A program made the position numbers and the translations under genes. From a virus (lineage: Duplodnaviria; Heunggongvirae; Uroviricota; Caudoviricetes), in the IMG/VR virus record IMGVR_UViG_2684622581_000003: a DNA stretch of 41,245 nucleotides. One strand, given 5' to 3'. Below the pieces are notes generated by a model. That model had not been told where the DNA came from and made no database searches. It saw only the letters and a list, made by a program, of their open reading frames with translations. How positions within the stretch are numbered: position 1 is the first letter of the stretch; each line of letters begins with the position of its first letter. Below, one piece after another: positions 10,143 through 22,406 of this stretch.

Positions 10143-10990
10143 TACTGCTCCGCGATTATCTTGATGGTTGTGGCAGTAAACGCCGCACCATTTGACTGAA
10201 TGGTTAACGTGCTGCCATTTGTGGCAAGAAAGCCGTCTTTATCCACGCTGAAGAACGTAGCTAACAGGATGTTATCGGTCGTTGTCGCCGAGTTGCGACT
10301 GCTTACCAGTGTGTCAGGAACAGAGCCGGAAAATGTTAGTTGCATTGACCTGTTGGCGGTTCCGCTGGGCCACGTCCCGACGATCGACAGCTTGAAGAAC
10401 AGGGTTTTGTTCTCGTTGAACACAACCATCTTGTTGTTAACGGTGTCGAAGAATGGTGCCAACGAGCCTGATGACGGCGTGAGCGTTTTCAGCAGGCTAA
10501 CAAGGTTGGTCGGCGCTGTCGGAATGGTTACAGATACGCCAGAGTAAACAACCTCTGACTTTTTGCGAGTAGTGGCATACTCCAGAGAATCGATGCGCGA
10601 TTCATGGTCTGAAACCTGCGACTCCAGCGACTGAACTCTGGTATCAAGCGACGCAATATCGCTTTCATTCTGAGCGATTCGCGTTTCATGTTCCTGAAGA
10701 GTTGATTCTGCCTGGCTGATTCGCTCCTCATGATTAACAAGCGTTGCTTCCGCAGCAGAAATTCGCTGCTCATGGTCAGCGAGAATCACATCCTGCTCAT
10801 CGTTCCTGACCTGTGCATCATAAGCGCCCTGTCCGGCCTCGTTGGCCTTGTTAGCCACGTTACCAACATCAGTGCCCTGTGCGATAACGTAAAGCAGATA
10901 CGACTGCGAGAAGATATTGCGTGGAAGGACTGATGTGTCGAGTCGTGTAGTCTGAATGATTACCGGCACATTGAGATTCGAATCCGCCAT
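10142..10990 (-). CDS. Tail needle protein (P22 gp26-like) with C-terminal knob extension
   Basis: 282-aa ORF with heptad-rich central coiled coil ([65 protein letters not shown]) and extra C-terminal domain, as in Sf6/HK620-type needles. Confidence 0.75.
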   Translation of the reverse strand: MADSNLNVPVIIQTTRLDTSVLPRNIFSQSYLLYVIAQGTDVGNVANKANEAGQGAYDAQVRNDEQDVILADHEQRISAAEATLVNHEERISQAESTLQEHETRIAQNESDIASLDTRVQSLESQVSDHESRIDSLEYATTRKKSEVVYSGVSVTIPTAPTNLVSLLKTLTPSSGSLAPFFDTVNNKMVVFNENKTLFFKLSIVGTWPSGTANRSMQLTFSGSVPDTLVSSRNSATTTDNILLATFFSVDKDGFLATNGSTLTIQSNGAAFTATTIKIIAEQ

Positions 10991-12408
10991 TACTCAATCC
11001 TTATCTGGCAGCCAGAAAGAGTGACAGGTGACTTCGTGATAACGCGCAATTTGAATCCGACATTTTTCCTGATGCGCCCAACTCGCTTCCACAAAACGCG
11101 TTTGTCGTAAACGAACGGTTCATTCTGCTCAATCATCTGCTCACGCCCGTAATTGATGCCGTCAGTAGTTGCAGAGAGAAAAAGGCGGTCAGCATACTGC
11201 GCAACTCCAGTTGAAGATTCAACTTCAAGGTCGAAAACTCTGGCGTTATCTGCTTTGAACAACGGAGTAAACAGCAGGTGTTCCTGTTGCTTGTCGTACT
11301 GGCTGCTGATATCGAACTGCAATTTGCCGGTAACCGATTCCAGCTTATCGCCGCACGTTATCTGATTGCCTTCGTAAATGAAGTCAATGGCGCGATACAC
11401 ATCGCCATACAGGCCTGTTTTCAGTACACACCATTGTGGGCCATTGGCGCTTGAAGATGCGTCGTACACGAGGACGTGACGCGGAAGGTGGATAATCAGC
11501 AACTCATGAGCATCAAACCGCAACGATTCCATCACGCCATCAGCCAGTTCATTAGCAGTGTAGGAGCGGAGGATTTTCTCAATGCTCGCGCTGGCGATTG
11601 GTGACACCTGACCGGATCCGATGATGTACACAGACGGCGCACCTGTTGCCGGATTGCTGATGAACGCATACGAATCAGCAAACGGCGTTTTGCAGTAGGT
11701 TCCGGCAATCCCTTTCTGCACCATCAGCGATGGCTGTGCGACATACAAAGCGGCACCAACAGTGGTTGCACCAGTCAGGGAGAAATATTCAATCGTCGAC
11801 GAACCAAAGCAGACTATGAAGTCTCGCCATGTACCTATGCCGATGATGCCGTCAGGCTGCGACTCTGCGCGATATTGTGCGCTGTATCGGTCAGGGTGCG
11901 ATTCGTCTTCAAGGTCAGTGATAAACCATGAATCAGTGCCGTCTTTTGACCACGCATAACGCCCACGTAAGCGTGTAATGTCGCGGACTGAGCCTAACTC
12001 ATACTGTGTGAATCCGCTGTCTGTAGGCCAGTTTGAGACGGTTTTAACCGTGCCATCATAACGATACTCTACCAGTTGACCATTAACGCCTACCGCCTGT
12101 GATGTCCGACCATGCGCCATTGATACGCGACCACTTCCGGCAACATCACCGACTTCACTTTCGCCTTTGTACAGCTTGCCACCACACACGCGATAAACAG
12201 CACTCTGCGCCATGTTGTACTCGACGCCGCGAGATACACCGTTCACATCAGATCGTTTGGCAATGCCCGGGAATGAGCGAAGATATCCGCTGCTGTTAAG
12301 GATTTCTTTTGGTGTAGCCAACATATTCACTGGCAGATAGTCGATATAGTCGGCGTTTCGAAAGTCTTTGCCGACACCTTTCATAAGCGGAAGTTGCTGA
12401 ATCGGCAT
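10990..12408 (-). CDS. Tail/portal-proximal hub protein, P22 gp10-like
   Basis: 472-aa ORF, same length as P22 gp10, in the correct order after gp4. Confidence 0.75.
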   Translation of the reverse strand: MPIQQLPLMKGVGKDFRNADYIDYLPVNMLATPKEILNSSGYLRSFPGIAKRSDVNGVSRGVEYNMAQSAVYRVCGGKLYKGESEVGDVAGSGRVSMAHGRTSQAVGVNGQLVEYRYDGTVKTVSNWPTDSGFTQYELGSVRDITRLRGRYAWSKDGTDSWFITDLEDESHPDRYSAQYRAESQPDGIIGIGTWRDFIVCFGSSTIEYFSLTGATTVGAALYVAQPSLMVQKGIAGTYCKTPFADSYAFISNPATGAPSVYIIGSGQVSPIASASIEKILRSYTANELADGVMESLRFDAHELLIIHLPRHVLVYDASSSANGPQWCVLKTGLYGDVYRAIDFIYEGNQITCGDKLESVTGKLQFDISSQYDKQQEHLLFTPLFKADNARVFDLEVESSTGVAQYADRLFLSATTDGINYGREQMIEQNEPFVYDKRVLWKRVGRIRKNVGFKLRVITKSPVTLSGCQIRIE

Positions 12409-12908
12409 TATTCGCTCCCGTTATCGCAAGGTTCCTTTCGGTGGAAGTAATTCCAACCGTTCCACTTCGCCAACTGGTTACCACTACCAACAGGCATACG
12501 GTTTGGATAACCGGACTTACATTTAGCGGCTTTTGCTCTGTCCATTGCAGACAGTTTGACGAGTCGCTCTTTCCCGTATCTGGCAGTGGTTATAAGTTTT
12601 GCAGACGCTTCCAGCGCATAATCTGGAGCAATGCGGCAGGCAAGGTTGAAAATGACGGCATTTATAGCGTTATTTGATAATCCGTGCTCATCTCCCGGAT
12701 CTGGAGCGACATCTGCATCAGCAAAAATGTAGCCAACGTTGATACCAGGTGACACATCACCGCCAAGCCATTCAGCCATCATCATTTCAAGGTCGTTGAC
12801 GCCATCTTCCATGGACTGAGGTTCGACATCGGTTAACGTGGCATTTGATGCCACACCGAGCTTACGTAATGCCGCAAGAACTAAATCACCCTTCGTTGTC
12901 AGGTTCAT
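12408..12908 (-). CDS. Head completion / tail adaptor protein, P22 gp4-like
   Basis: Matches P22 gp4 from [29 protein letters not shown] onward; start set at the Met that aligns with P22 gp4 (ORF-track start is 13028). Confidence 0.8.
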   Translation of the reverse strand: MNLTTKGDLVLAALRKLGVASNATLTDVEPQSMEDGVNDLEMMMAEWLGGDVSPGINVGYIFADADVAPDPGDEHGLSNNAINAVIFNLACRIAPDYALEASAKLITTARYGKERLVKLSAMDRAKAAKCKSGYPNRMPVGSGNQLAKWNGWNYFHRKEPCDNGSE

Positions 12909-13128
12909 CTGCTGCCGCCTTAGGTTTTCGACCAGGCTTTTCACGCTGTTTTTCTTCTGGCTCTGGCTCTGGCTCTGGCTCTGCAACGTCCTTAAGAAGG
13001 TCATCGGGATGTGCAAACCAACCAGCATCCAGATATTCCTGAATCTCTTCGGCTTTCACGATTTCAAAGTCGTAGCCAACGCCTTTCCACTTCTTCATGT
13101 CGCCATGACGAAAGATCATGTGTGTCAT
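12886..13128 (-). CDS. Small hypothetical protein with EPEPEPEP repeat, between coat and gp4
   Basis: 80-aa ORF with a GGAGA Shine-Dalgarno 5 nt upstream of its ATG, immediately after the coat-gene terminator hairpin; contains a hexanucleotide tandem repeat. Confidence 0.45.
   Translation of the reverse strand: MTHMIFRHGDMKKWKGVGYDFEIVKAEEIQEYLDAGWFAHPDDLLKDVAEPEPEPEPEEKQREKPGRKPKAAADEPDNEG
12956..12983. repeat. Tandem hexanucleotide repeat (ctctgg), about 4.7 copies
   Basis: Direct reading of 12956-12983; encodes EPEPEPEP in the 80-aa ORF and SQSQSQSQ in the overlapping frame. Confidence 0.8.
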
Positions 13129-13141
13129 GTTTGTCTCCAGA

Positions 13142-13166
13142 TAAAAAAAGGGAGCCGAAGCTCCCT
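13142..13166 (-). terminator. Intrinsic terminator or attenuator hairpin just downstream of the coat gene
   Basis: Minus-strand RNA forms GGGAGCUUCGGCUCCC followed by UUUUUUU (plus-strand aaaaaaa at 13143-13149 and gggagccgaagctccc at 13150-13165). Confidence 0.6.
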
Positions 13167-13173
13167 CTGGTTA

Positions 13174-14469
13174 TCACGCAGTCTGGTTAGGCAGACCAAC
13201 GCCAATTGCCTCTGGTCGTACAGCACATGCTGAATACCACACAGCAATACGGCACTTACCAGACAGAGTGTTGATATCACCCTGCGTTGCGAAGATGCCG
13301 TTAACACCAATGCCAGGAATGCTGAAGGAAGAAGTTTTCATGCCAGCAAACAGTTCATGGGTTACCGGGATCGGCTGAGACAGTAGGCGGATTGAATCAT
13401 CAGCCCAGAACACGTTAGCGGTGGTTGTTGCCACGTTCAGAACGTTTACCGGAGTGGTATCAGCAAGAGAAGTGTTTACGTTAGCGTAAGCCTTCTCTTC
13501 TTTTGTCAGTGACGCGTCATCCAGTGCAATCGGTTTCGGCGTGATTTCGATGTGAGTACTATCGATCACACGGGTGATTGAGAAAGTTGCATCATCAGTC
13601 AGCACGTTCTTCGCCATCTGAGACAGGAATTTCACACCAGTGAAGCTGATTTTGTCGCCGCGCTTAAATCCGGTGGTGGAGGATACGGTCACCGTTGCAA
13701 CACGGTTGTCGACGTTCTCTTTGTTACCATCGGTATCAAGGGTGTATGCCTGCGGCTTAAACTTCTGCGCACCAGACACAGTTACACCAGTAGCGGTTGA
13801 CTTGGTAACTGCCGGAAGTTTCGGTGAGCGAAGAATTTCATCAAAGCCAGCAATCTGACGCTGAATAGTACCGTTGCGATACGCTTCTTCAGGAACGCGC
13901 CCGAAGATGTCACCATCTACCAGGTTGCGGCCTGCTTTACGGTAATCGTCAGGGTTCAGGAAGTAACTGATGCCCATATCGCGGTTTAGCTCACGGGAGA
14001 ACATCAGGCGCTCTGCATCAGACACAAAATCCCAGCCAGACAGGCCAGTAGATGGACCAATTGCGCGGGTATCGTGAACAACAAGCGAGCCCATTTCAGT
14101 TGCCTGTTTGGCAATCGCTGACTCAATGTTATTCGCCAGTTTTTTGGCGGATGCCTGGATGCGGCGACGGTAAGAACGCTCATCACGCAGGTCATCTGCA
14201 CGAAGCTCGAAGAAATCGTTATCCGGATCGCCCATGTTGCATTTCACGGAGAGTTCCAGAATCCCGGTTGCGTTGCCAGTTAAATCCCAGCCAGTCTGGG
14301 TTGGCGCTTCCTGCTCAACAGGCATCCACACGGTGTTGCTTGAACGCTGCATGGATTCTGCCGGAGGGGTGTATTTTGTCACTTTTGACGCCATTGGCGT
14401 CAGGTTCTGGACGGTTTCGATGATTTCATCCAGAGCATACGTGACCAGTTGACCTTCATTTAATGCCAT
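13174..14469 (-). CDS. Major capsid (coat) protein, P22 gp5-like
   Basis: 431-aa ORF collinear with the P22 coat protein (MALNEGQ...MQRSSNT.WMPVEQE...LRADDLRDE...[10 protein letters not shown]...[10 protein letters not shown]). Confidence 0.9.
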   Translation of the reverse strand: MALNEGQLVTYALDEIIETVQNLTPMASKVTKYTPPAESMQRSSNTVWMPVEQEAPTQTGWDLTGNATGILELSVKCNMGDPDNDFFELRADDLRDERSYRRRIQASAKKLANNIESAIAKQATEMGSLVVHDTRAIGPSTGLSGWDFVSDAERLMFSRELNRDMGISYFLNPDDYRKAGRNLVDGDIFGRVPEEAYRNGTIQRQIAGFDEILRSPKLPAVTKSTATGVTVSGAQKFKPQAYTLDTDGNKENVDNRVATVTVSSTTGFKRGDKISFTGVKFLSQMAKNVLTDDATFSITRVIDSTHIEITPKPIALDDASLTKEEKAYANVNTSLADTTPVNVLNVATTTANVFWADDSIRLLSQPIPVTHELFAGMKTSSFSIPGIGVNGIFATQGDINTLSGKCRIAVWYSACAVRPEAIGVGLPNQTA

Positions 14470-15380
14470 TATCGAATTCCTTTATTCAGTTGCGCCTTGA
14501 GCTTGCGGTACGTCTCTACATCCCCTTTGTTTGCTGCCGCTTCCATCTGCTTTTCAATCGCAGAGATATTTGCAGCAACAGCGTGTCCCTGAATGGGTTC
14601 ATCAGGTAACGGGGCTTCTGAAACAGGCTTGGCTCGAGGCTTGAGAGTTAAACGTTCTGACAGTCGAGTGAGTTCAATCAGCGCGGATTGCCCGTCCATC
14701 GCCAGCAACTGGCGTGTTTTCTCAGGATTAGCACCAAGGTGATACATGAGAGCGGCGGATTTCTCCGGGAAGAGGCGCATGATGTCGGCACCGACTGCTG
14801 GCGGCACCAGTTGCATGAATGCATCCTCTTTCTCCTGATAGTCAGGGATATTGAGCTTTTCCGCTGCGTCGTAGTGCTTACGGGCTGCCTCGACGTATTG
14901 CGCTGATTGCTGGGTGAACTCCTGAGTTTTGCGACCCTGCTCGGCGACAGCCTGGCTTCGTGCGTCCATAGCCTTAATCTGCCATTCACTGTTTGCCTGC
15001 TGGAAGGCAGCCAGTGCGCGGCTCTGGTCATAGTCGTACTTAGCCAGTGCATCTTCGGAAAGATAATCGTTAGGGTCTGGTTGTTTTGGTAACTCAGGGT
15101 TCACCCGCAGGTGCTCCGGCAACTCTCCACGCTTAACCGCTTCCATCTGCTGCTCAAGCTCACGCTGTCTTTTGCGTTCGATGCGGCGACGGGCAAATTC
15201 AGCATTAGTTGCCGGGTCTTGTTTTGGTTTCTCATCGTCTTTCAGGACAATCTCGAAGCCTTCTTCCTGACCTGCGTTGTCGTTGGCATTATCGACAACT
15301 AAGCCATCAGCAGATGCCGCTGCATGATTGCCGGGCAGGGTTAATTCTTCAGAAGCCTGAATGTCGGTGGTTTGGTCCAT
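14469..15380 (-). CDS. Scaffolding protein, P22 gp8-like
   Basis: 303-aa ORF (P22 gp8 is 303 aa), highly charged and helical, between portal and coat. Confidence 0.8.
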   Translation of the reverse strand: MDQTTDIQASEELTLPGNHAAASADGLVVDNANDNAGQEEGFEIVLKDDEKPKQDPATNAEFARRRIERKRQRELEQQMEAVKRGELPEHLRVNPELPKQPDPNDYLSEDALAKYDYDQSRALAAFQQANSEWQIKAMDARSQAVAEQGRKTQEFTQQSAQYVEAARKHYDAAEKLNIPDYQEKEDAFMQLVPPAVGADIMRLFPEKSAALMYHLGANPEKTRQLLAMDGQSALIELTRLSERLTLKPRAKPVSEAPLPDEPIQGHAVAANISAIEKQMEAAANKGDVETYRKLKAQLNKGIR

Positions 15381-15393
15381 GGTTAACTCTCTC

Positions 15394-17559
15394 TTATTGA
15401 GGTGTCTCGGCTACTCCGCCGGAGGGGATTTGAACTTGACGCATAAGATTTGCGAAATCCATGCGTTGTGAATGAGTCTGGTCTGCATCTTTAAGAAGCA
15501 GCTCAGCGTTAGCACGAGCATCTTTGCTGCGCTGTTGCTGGAATTGACCTACGAGCTTGAGGTACTCACGCAGTTCTGCCTGCTTGTCGAGGTCCATATT
15601 GTTGAAGATTTCTGCAATCTTCGCGGCGTTGAGTTGGTTTTGGGCTTCAACCTTGGCGGCTTCAACCTGAATCTGCGCCTGTTGGTTCTCTGCCTTGAGC
15701 AATTCAGCCTGACCTTGCAGAAGGATACCCTGCGCCTGAATTTGCTCTGCTGATGGCTGCTGCGGCTGTTGTTGTGCCTGCTGCACCATCTCCATCTCTT
15801 CAGGTGTTTCTGGTTTCTTCAGCCCCATCATCACCAGTTGCTTGTTCGCGTACTCTCGCATCATCTCGACGCCTTTACCGTCAAGCAACGTGAAGTATTG
15901 CAGCATCAGCATCTGGAACTCTGGAGTACCTTGCGGAACCTTGGTTAGCAACTCCTGAATCTCTGCGCGATTCTGTTCCTTCATGCTCTGGAAGGATGGC
16001 CCAACGTCTGTATAGCACTCATAGCGACCGCGAATGTCGTTGAGTGTGACCACATTGCCGGACTGGTAATCGACAACTTGCGCGTAGAGTTGAACGTCTT
16101 TCTCGCTACCATCTTCAAGAGTCAGCGTTACATGACGAGGAACGTCATAAATATCGTTGACCATTGAGGCATAAATCTCGCCATCACGTCGCATTGCGGT
16201 AGCCAGGTTATCCTGAAACACGTATGTCTCAAGGTCTGCCCGCATGTTCAGTTGATTGACGGTATCGAAAGCGACCTGAGAGTTTGCTGCCTGCGCATCC
16301 ACACCAAGACTAGCCACCTCTTTCACTGCGTTGGTGGCAGCCTCAAGCATGTAAGCGTTGGCTTGCGGCACTTCAGGGTTTTCCATGTAGGAGATTGGAC
16401 CAATCGGCAGGTCGTTACCGTTTTCATCGGTCCTGTTCTGGAGATAGTACGGATAGTCATCATTTCCACCGTACATGTATTCGTAGCCTTCGATTTGCTC
16501 AGGGAAGAAGGTCGGTTTCTTCTTCGGTGAACGAGCAACAATATCGGCGTTGAATGACATGATCATGTTACGAAGGCGTTGACCGTCTTTCGTCAGCCTT
16601 ACTACACCTTCGTAGCACTCCTTGTCACCAGCAAATGACCATTCGCCATACACAGGAACGATTGGGATATGCTCTCCAGCTATCTTCTCGCGGTCTTTCA
16701 GTATCTGCGTGCAGGTGATGATCGACTTATACACACGCCGACGCTTCACCTTGCGCTCTGCTACCTTAATGAATCCACGATTAGCCAGGTCGTCGATGAC
16801 GTCTTTGATATCCTGCTGGTAATAGCTGACCGGCTCACCTGTCAGCGGGTCGCGGTAGATGAAGACTTTCTCTTTCTTCTCTTCGACCTCGTAATACTCA
16901 GCGACGTAGACGACATCATTCGATACCCACGGAAACAGCCATGTATCGTTCGGATTCTGGAAAGATGGCAAGGTGTCCGGATCAATACCGTAATCCTCTG
17001 CGAACTCTTTCCAGCCATTGCGTGACAAGGCGTTAATCACCGTGCAGTGCTTAGCGTCGCTCTTATCCATCTGCTTGCTGTTGGCGTCCCATATGACGTG
17101 TGAGCAGGCCTCATGGATTGGCAGGCGTCTGATTACCTGATTGTTGCTTGTTGGGTCGTTGTCTTCGTACTGTGTGACCAGACGCCATGCACCAACGCCG
17201 GACTCTATCTGCTCACGAACGCCAACGTTAACGGCAATCTTTGCCGTGTTATGGCGCATATCAGTACGATACATCCCCATCAACACATCGGCTGCATCAG
17301 GATTAGCGCCGTCTTTGGGTCGGAAGAGAACGTCGATAGGGTTCCGGCGCATCTCTGCGACCAGTTTCCTGACCACCGGGCGAACAACATCGAATTGTCC
17401 GCGATATTGCAGGGTCGTGTAGTTTGATAGCCAGTCATCCCATTGCGACACTCGGCTAAAATACAGGTCATTTGTCGCCTCGGTTCTGGCTTCATCGCTC
17501 GCCATCCAGTCCGCGTCAAACTTACACAGAATGGAATTGAGTCTGTTTTCGTCGGCCAT
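15394..17559 (-). CDS. Portal protein, P22 gp1-like
   Basis: 721-aa ORF in the portal position with a Gln-rich C-terminal barrel-like tail ([18 protein letters not shown]...). Confidence 0.85.
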   Translation of the reverse strand: MADENRLNSILCKFDADWMASDEARTEATNDLYFSRVSQWDDWLSNYTTLQYRGQFDVVRPVVRKLVAEMRRNPIDVLFRPKDGANPDAADVLMGMYRTDMRHNTAKIAVNVGVREQIESGVGAWRLVTQYEDNDPTSNNQVIRRLPIHEACSHVIWDANSKQMDKSDAKHCTVINALSRNGWKEFAEDYGIDPDTLPSFQNPNDTWLFPWVSNDVVYVAEYYEVEEKKEKVFIYRDPLTGEPVSYYQQDIKDVIDDLANRGFIKVAERKVKRRRVYKSIITCTQILKDREKIAGEHIPIVPVYGEWSFAGDKECYEGVVRLTKDGQRLRNMIMSFNADIVARSPKKKPTFFPEQIEGYEYMYGGNDDYPYYLQNRTDENGNDLPIGPISYMENPEVPQANAYMLEAATNAVKEVASLGVDAQAANSQVAFDTVNQLNMRADLETYVFQDNLATAMRRDGEIYASMVNDIYDVPRHVTLTLEDGSEKDVQLYAQVVDYQSGNVVTLNDIRGRYECYTDVGPSFQSMKEQNRAEIQELLTKVPQGTPEFQMLMLQYFTLLDGKGVEMMREYANKQLVMMGLKKPETPEEMEMVQQAQQQPQQPSAEQIQAQGILLQGQAELLKAENQQAQIQVEAAKVEAQNQLNAAKIAEIFNNMDLDKQAELREYLKLVGQFQQQRSKDARANAELLLKDADQTHSQRMDFANLMRQVQIPSGGVAETPQ

Positions 17560-19059
17560 TTAAGTTCTCCGTGCGATGGGCCTGATTGGGGCTGGTATCT
17601 TTTTCTCTTTTGGTTTTTTGATGTCGCGCATCATTTTGGCGAAGCGGCGCATCATGTATGCATAGCGAACGGCTGAGAGAACGTCGTCGTTAAGCTTGAC
17701 GATCTTCCCGTTTTCATCACGGTGATAGAGGCGAAACTCCTCAAAGAATGGCTCACAGGTGTTGAATACTTTGAAGCGACCATCAAGCATCATGTCGCGC
17801 AATTCAGTGATTCCAGGCTCCACCGCGTTACCGCCATCAGGCCATGTCGCATGCTCCTGCAACATCATAAAACCAGCATCTGCATACTGCCCTTTGAGCT
17901 GCTCACCGCCGCCCTTCTCGTGCTGGTTTCCGTCATGAGGCCATGCTGTTGGCACTTTATGCGCCCATGATTTAACAGCTCCCCATGCCTGAACGGCTGT
18001 TTTTTCTTTCGCCTTCCACACGCGTGAAACGTAGATTGTGTCTGCGTCCTTATCCCACCAAAGCTGAACCTGCGCCTGTGGGTGATCCCATCCAAAATCC
18101 ATCCCGCCAATTACGTAGAAGTGATCAGGACACTCGAACGGCTGACACTTAATCGTCTCTTCCGGTATCTGGAAGATTCGACCGCTACCCATCGTAGGAA
18201 TACCGCGAGCACGCGCCTCTCTCTCATGCTCGGGATAGGATGCGATGATTTGCTCTTTCTGTTCGTCTGTGTAGTGCTCAGCGTCATAGATGGTCATGTT
18301 GACCACTTTCTGCGACTTGCTGGGATTCTTCAGGAACTTGGTAACAACGTCAGACATCCCCATCAGCGGGGTAAACGTCAGAATTGAGAATTGCCCGTAT
18401 TTGTTGGTACGGGTAAGACCTTCGCCATAAATGCTGTATGGTGGCTCTTCGTCAAACCACACGCCGTGGATTGTGTCACCCTGCCAGCGAGCACGGCCTT
18501 GCGAGTATGGCTTGAAGTAGCAGATTGAAATGCCATCTTCAACGCCATCAGCCGTGTGATGCTTAACCAGAAGATGATCAACAAGGTTCGGAAAGAAAGG
18601 AGACTTCTTCCAGCTAATGATGTCTTCTTTCGGTATGGAACCGTAGCCTGGCTCGTCATTCTCTTCGATACGACCGCACAGGATGCGTTGAGTCGTTTTG
18701 GTTACCGTCTCGTTTGTCTCGCCGCCAATCCAGAAGACAACAGGCTCATAGAAACGCTTACCTTTCCACTCACCGCCATATTTACCATCAGCAGGATAGC
18801 CTTTTGTGCCCGGATAACGCCCTGTAAGGTGAAACGCGACTTCGGCAGCACCGGTAAATGACTTACCAAGCTGGTTACCAGCCATAAAACAGCGCTCTGG
18901 ATAGTCATGCCCGGCGTCGATGAACTCACGCTGCTTGCTGTATGGCGTAAATTCATATAGCAGGTGTGTGTTCCGGTAGTTCTCTTCTTCTTCGAGTAGC
19001 TCGAGCAACTCGATTTGCTCTTCGTCGCTCAGGTTATCAAGAATCGCGTCCAGTTCCAC
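17560..19059 (-). CDS. Terminase large subunit, P22 gp2-like
   Basis: 499-aa ORF (P22 gp2 is 499 aa) directly after the small terminase gene, with overlapping start. Confidence 0.85.
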   Translation of the reverse strand: MELDAILDNLSDEEQIELLELLEEEENYRNTHLLYEFTPYSKQREFIDAGHDYPERCFMAGNQLGKSFTGAAEVAFHLTGRYPGTKGYPADGKYGGEWKGKRFYEPVVFWIGGETNETVTKTTQRILCGRIEENDEPGYGSIPKEDIISWKKSPFFPNLVDHLLVKHHTADGVEDGISICYFKPYSQGRARWQGDTIHGVWFDEEPPYSIYGEGLTRTNKYGQFSILTFTPLMGMSDVVTKFLKNPSKSQKVVNMTIYDAEHYTDEQKEQIIASYPEHEREARARGIPTMGSGRIFQIPEETIKCQPFECPDHFYVIGGMDFGWDHPQAQVQLWWDKDADTIYVSRVWKAKEKTAVQAWGAVKSWAHKVPTAWPHDGNQHEKGGGEQLKGQYADAGFMMLQEHATWPDGGNAVEPGITELRDMMLDGRFKVFNTCEPFFEEFRLYHRDENGKIVKLNDDVLSAVRYAYMMRRFAKMMRDIKKPKEKKIPAPIRPIARRT

Positions 19060-19531
19060 GGTTGAATAGCTCCTTGATACGAGAGCGTCGCTTATCGCGA
19101 TCTCCCTTATCAGGTGTCACGTCTTCAACTTGCGACTGCTCTTTGAGGCCCAAATCACGGGCGATGATATTAGCGTTGAGAAGGTCAGCGGCTGCGCCAG
19201 AGAATTTCTGGTCGTAGATGACCTGTTCTGCTCGCGTAACGACTTCAGATAAATCTTCTCGCAGGCGATATGTGCGCCATGTTTCAAGCGTCACATCAAT
19301 GAACAGAGTGAGGCCGGTAATGGTCATCGCTCGCATCTTGGCGATAGGCTCTTGTATCACTTCACCCTGATACGAGAATGCCTTCATCTCCCATAGCGGG
19401 TTAGCTTCCACCCACTCGAAGTATTCACAACAAGCAGCCCACAGCGCCTCAGGCGATTCGAATTTAGGGTTTCGCCCATGACTACTGCGGGCCTCCCAAA
19501 ATCGGTTGCCCTTTGGTGCTGCCATATTCAT
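19037..19531 (-). CDS. Terminase small subunit, P22 gp3-like (headful/pac type)
   Basis: Matches P22 gp3 ([50 protein letters not shown]...); the start may be the second Met at 19525. Confidence 0.85.
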   Translation of the reverse strand: MNMAAPKGNRFWEARSSHGRNPKFESPEALWAACCEYFEWVEANPLWEMKAFSYQGEVIQEPIAKMRAMTITGLTLFIDVTLETWRTYRLREDLSEVVTRAEQVIYDQKFSGAAADLLNANIIARDLGLKEQSQVEDVTPDKGDRDKRRSRIKELFNRGTGRDS

Positions 19532-19737
19532 CTCACTTAATCGTTATTTCAGGTTAAGGACTCTTTCGCGCCTTCAATCAGTGACTGCTTCAGCAATTCG
19601 AGTGTGCCAATCGCCTCGCATAAACTGATTTCACCATCGTAATCATGGATGACGCTTTCAAGTCGCTCGTATAGCTATTGAGTAATTGGGAATTTCTTCT
19701 CCTTACCAAGATCAACGACGCTTGTCATAGAGGATTC

Positions 19738-20025
19738 CTATAATTTTGAATATCCAGACTCAAATACCTCAGCAGGAGAATATGATTCATATCCATCCTC
19801 ATAGACAACGTAATAGCCTCCAGACATTGGTAGGTGCTTACAGATATATTCCGCGCTAACATCAAATGCTGCGTATTTCTTATCATCCGGATGAATAATT
19901 GCCCCATAACTAGAAGAGCCAGTCTTACCAGACTGATCTGGGTTTGGCTTATGTTCTATAGAGCCAATCTTCAGGGCGCGAACTTTTTTGTGGCACTGGT
20001 ATCTCGGCATTTCTTGTTCAGTCAT
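19738..20025 (-). CDS. Hypothetical protein
   Basis: 95-aa ORF co-directional with and upstream of the packaging genes. Confidence 0.4.
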   Translation of the reverse strand: MTEQEMPRYQCHKKVRALKIGSIEHKPNPDQSGKTGSSSYGAIIHPDDKKYAAFDVSAEYICKHLPMSGGYYVVYEDGYESYSPAEVFESGYSKL

Positions 20026-20028
20026 CTC

Positions 20029-20283
20029 TTACACTCCGGTGGTGAACAGGTCTAACGCTTCCTTCGATTTACGCACCGCTTCGATAGTGCGGGTCGTGAT
20101 ATCTGAATTAGCGCCGCCTGACTGGAAGTGAATTTTGAATAGCTCAAGCTTCAGCTCGTCAGTACCAATGAACTGAAATGCTTCCTCTGCGGCTGCGTTC
20201 TGGTTCATGACCAGTTTGTAAATCTCTAACTGGAATTTCTGTTCTTCAGTCATGGGAATAATCTCTGCCATTGTTGGCTCCAT
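20029..20283 (-). CDS. Hypothetical protein
   Basis: 84-aa ORF, co-directional, tightly spaced with its neighbour. Confidence 0.4.
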   Translation of the reverse strand: MEPTMAEIIPMTEEQKFQLEIYKLVMNQNAAAEEAFQFIGTDELKLELFKIHFQSGGANSDITTRTIEAVRKSKEALDLFTTGV

Positions 20284-20374
20284 TTATCCGTTAAAAGGGA
20301 TATCAGTTAAGTTATCCCGTGTAGGGTATAAGCCATTATCAAAGCCACTCTGTAGGGAATGGCTTTTGTAATAA

Positions 20375-20755
20375 CTACTGTTCGCTTAGCTTCTGCTTCA
20401 GCAAGTAACCTTCTAGCATCCAGATTTTGTTTACAGCATTTTGCCGGGCAATCTTCCGACCAATTTCTGCATCAAAATTTTCCGGACTTGCACAGGCACT
20501 CTCTCCGGTGACGGTGAAGCCATTCTTCAGCACCAGTACGCAGAAAGTGAGCAACTTCAATGGTGATAAATCACGATCGCCTTCTTCTGGTTTTTCCCTG
20601 CCACAATATTCGTTGCTGGAAATGGCACCATTACGTCCATCATAAGCAGTAAAGTAATGCTCGCTTTTAATCACGTCTTCGATGTGCTGCGGAGTGATTC
20701 TCGGAGCGGTTTTGCCTTTCTCAACGATTTCTTTTTCGATTTGCTGGTCGTTCAT
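20375..20755 (-). CDS. Conserved phage protein (tentatively gp49-like family)
   Basis: 126-aa ORF; the motif VLVLKNGFTVTGESACASPENFDAEIGRKIARQNA is recalled from a conserved phage protein family; assignment tentative. Confidence 0.5.
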   Translation of the reverse strand: MNDQQIEKEIVEKGKTAPRITPQHIEDVIKSEHYFTAYDGRNGAISSNEYCGREKPEEGDRDLSPLKLLTFCVLVLKNGFTVTGESACASPENFDAEIGRKIARQNAVNKIWMLEGYLLKQKLSEQ

Positions 20756-20840
20756 AATTATGACCTTGTTGGTTGTTAAAGATGTTTTTGTGGTGGCAAT
20801 AAAAAAGGCCGCCTGAGCGACCTTTCATTTTTCATCCGTT

Positions 20841-21059
20841 TTAATCATCTGGGTAATTAAGCGGCATCCAGTGTGTAACCTTGCTTGCTCCTGAATCGAT
20901 GAATGCCTTGGTTCTCTGCCAGTAAGAGCCCATACATGATAGTTTGAACACGTCACCAGTATCAGTAAGAGCTATAACCTCTTTAGACCACATCCCTTCT
21001 TTGCTTTCTGGTAGCCGGTGTTCAACATTGACCCATTGGTTTCCGTTATCATCCATCAC
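20841..21059 (-). CDS. Small DUF551-like protein
   Basis: 72-aa ORF ending in the THWMPLNYP motif typical of DUF551 proteins in lambdoid prophages. Confidence 0.45.
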   Translation of the reverse strand: MMDDNGNQWVNVEHRLPESKEGMWSKEVIALTDTGDVFKLSCMGSYWQRTKAFIDSGASKVTHWMPLNYPDD

Positions 21060-21495
21060 AACCTCGTCTAGTTGTTCGCCATAGATTCAGTGGCAGGCGG
21101 TGACGAGTCCGCTTTTCGGGAGCTACCCTAGCCACTGCTTGATTCTATCCGATGTCTTTCCATCAGTCCGCCACCACAAAGAATCTTTTTTGCCATAAGG
21201 CTGGAGGTTCATCTTTCAGTGGCTGCCAGTGTTATTTCCCCACTTACTGGCTTGGGTTGTTTCGCTGTACTGCCGTAACTGGTTACCCAGAATAAATTCC
21301 GGTTTCATTATCAAGCCCACCAGTAGATAGGCTTTGTAATGAACTGGCTCTTATCTCAACGCAGCCCCTTACCGCGCGCCAGATGCTCAATATCAAGCAT
21401 CAGCAATGAGATGTTTAATCTGGATTCACTCCAGAAGTGATCACCACCCTGTCTACAGAGCCAGATGTGAAGGATGATGAGTAAAATTATCGCTA

Positions 21496-21933
21496 TCATC
21501 GAAGGCATTGCGTCCTGATGTACTCCTGCAGGTAGTTGACCTGCGCGGTTATCTTGTCGATTCCACTTCGGAGACGGTAATAATTGAGTTCAGCATCTGC
21601 TGTAAGTCCTGGGCTTTCTCCATCGCCCATGCTGCTGGCTCCGGTCGTTGACTTTGCACAGGTGGCGGCGACTTGCAGGCGCTTACGCCCAGCAGAAACA
21701 TCAGCACGGAGACTTTCGATAGTCGCGTTAGCATCAGCAAGCTCCTTTGTGTATCTGGCGTCAAGTTCTGCTACATCACGTTGACGCTTCTGCATGTCAG
21801 CAATTGTGGATGCGGCCTTATCGCGCTGCTCTTTGTAGGCGATGGCGTTATCACGGTAATGATTAACAGCCCATGACAAGCAGACGATGATGCAGATAAC
21901 CAGAGCGGAGATAATCGCGGTTACTCTGCTCAT
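21496..21933 (-). CDS. Rz: Rz-like inner-membrane spanin
   Basis: 145-aa ORF with N-terminal transmembrane segment and coiled-coil periplasmic domain, immediately after the endolysin gene. Confidence 0.8.
   Translation of the reverse strand: MSRVTAIISALVICIIVCLSWAVNHYRDNAIAYKEQRDKAASTIADMQKRQRDVAELDARYTKELADANATIESLRADVSAGRKRLQVAATCAKSTTGASSMGDGESPGLTADAELNYYRLRSGIDKITAQVNYLQEYIRTQCLR
21549..21734 (-). CDS. Rz1: Rz1-like outer-membrane lipoprotein spanin, embedded out of frame in Rz
   Basis: Embedded ORF with signal sequence and lipobox-like LLGVSAC followed by a proline-rich segment ([16 protein letters not shown]); start chosen at an internal Met. Confidence 0.6.
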   Translation of the reverse strand: MLTRLSKVSVLMFLLGVSACKSPPPVQSQRPEPAAWAMEKAQDLQQMLNSIITVSEVESTR

Positions 21934-22406
21934 ACCTCAATCTCTCTGACCGTTCCGCCAGCTTCTTTAAATTTTGCAATCAGGCTGTCAACCTTATGCT
22001 CGAACTGACCGTAACCAGCCCCCGGCAGTGAAGCCCAGATATTGCTGCAACGGTCGATTGCCTGACGGATATCACCGCGATCAATCATCGGTAAAGCGCC
22101 ACGTTCCTTAATCTGTTGCAGTGCCACAGCGTCCTGGCTTTTCGGAGAGAAGTCTTTCAGGCCAAGCTGCTTACGATAGGCATCCCACCAACGGGAAAGA
22201 AGCTGGTAACGTCCGGCTGCTGTTGATTTGAGTTTGGGGTTTAGCGTGACAAGTTTGCGAGGGTGATCGGAGTAATCAGTGAATAGCTCTCCTCCTACAA
22301 TGACGTCATAACCATGATTTCTGGTTTTTTGACGTCCGTTATCAGTTCCCTCTGACCACGCCAGCATATCGAGGAACGCCTTACGTTGATTATTGATTTC
22401 CACCAT
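21930..22406 (-). CDS. R: Endolysin, lambda R-type lytic transglycosylase
   Basis: 158-aa ORF essentially identical to lambda R ([51 protein letters not shown]...). Confidence 0.95.
   Translation of the reverse strand: MVEINNQRKAFLDMLAWSEGTDNGRQKTRNHGYDVIVGGELFTDYSDHPRKLVTLNPKLKSTAAGRYQLLSRWWDAYRKQLGLKDFSPKSQDAVALQQIKERGALPMIDRGDIRQAIDRCSNIWASLPGAGYGQFEHKVDSLIAKFKEAGGTVREIEV

Noticed and set aside
5550-10200. Many plus-strand ORFs of 60-125 aa overlapping the ejection and tail genes
   Set aside because: Fully contained antisense to long, syntenic P22-like genes, with no ribosome binding sites; treated as six-frame noise.
19532-19737. cos site or additional small gene upstream of the small terminase
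   Set aside because: A P22-type terminase implies headful packaging from a pac site inside the small-terminase gene, so no cos is expected; only very short ORFs without clear signals were seen.
21060-21495. Possible tRNA gene downstream of Rz
   Set aside because: No recognisable T-loop (GTTCGAATC-like) or cloverleaf could be found by eye; left as an unexplained gap rather than called.
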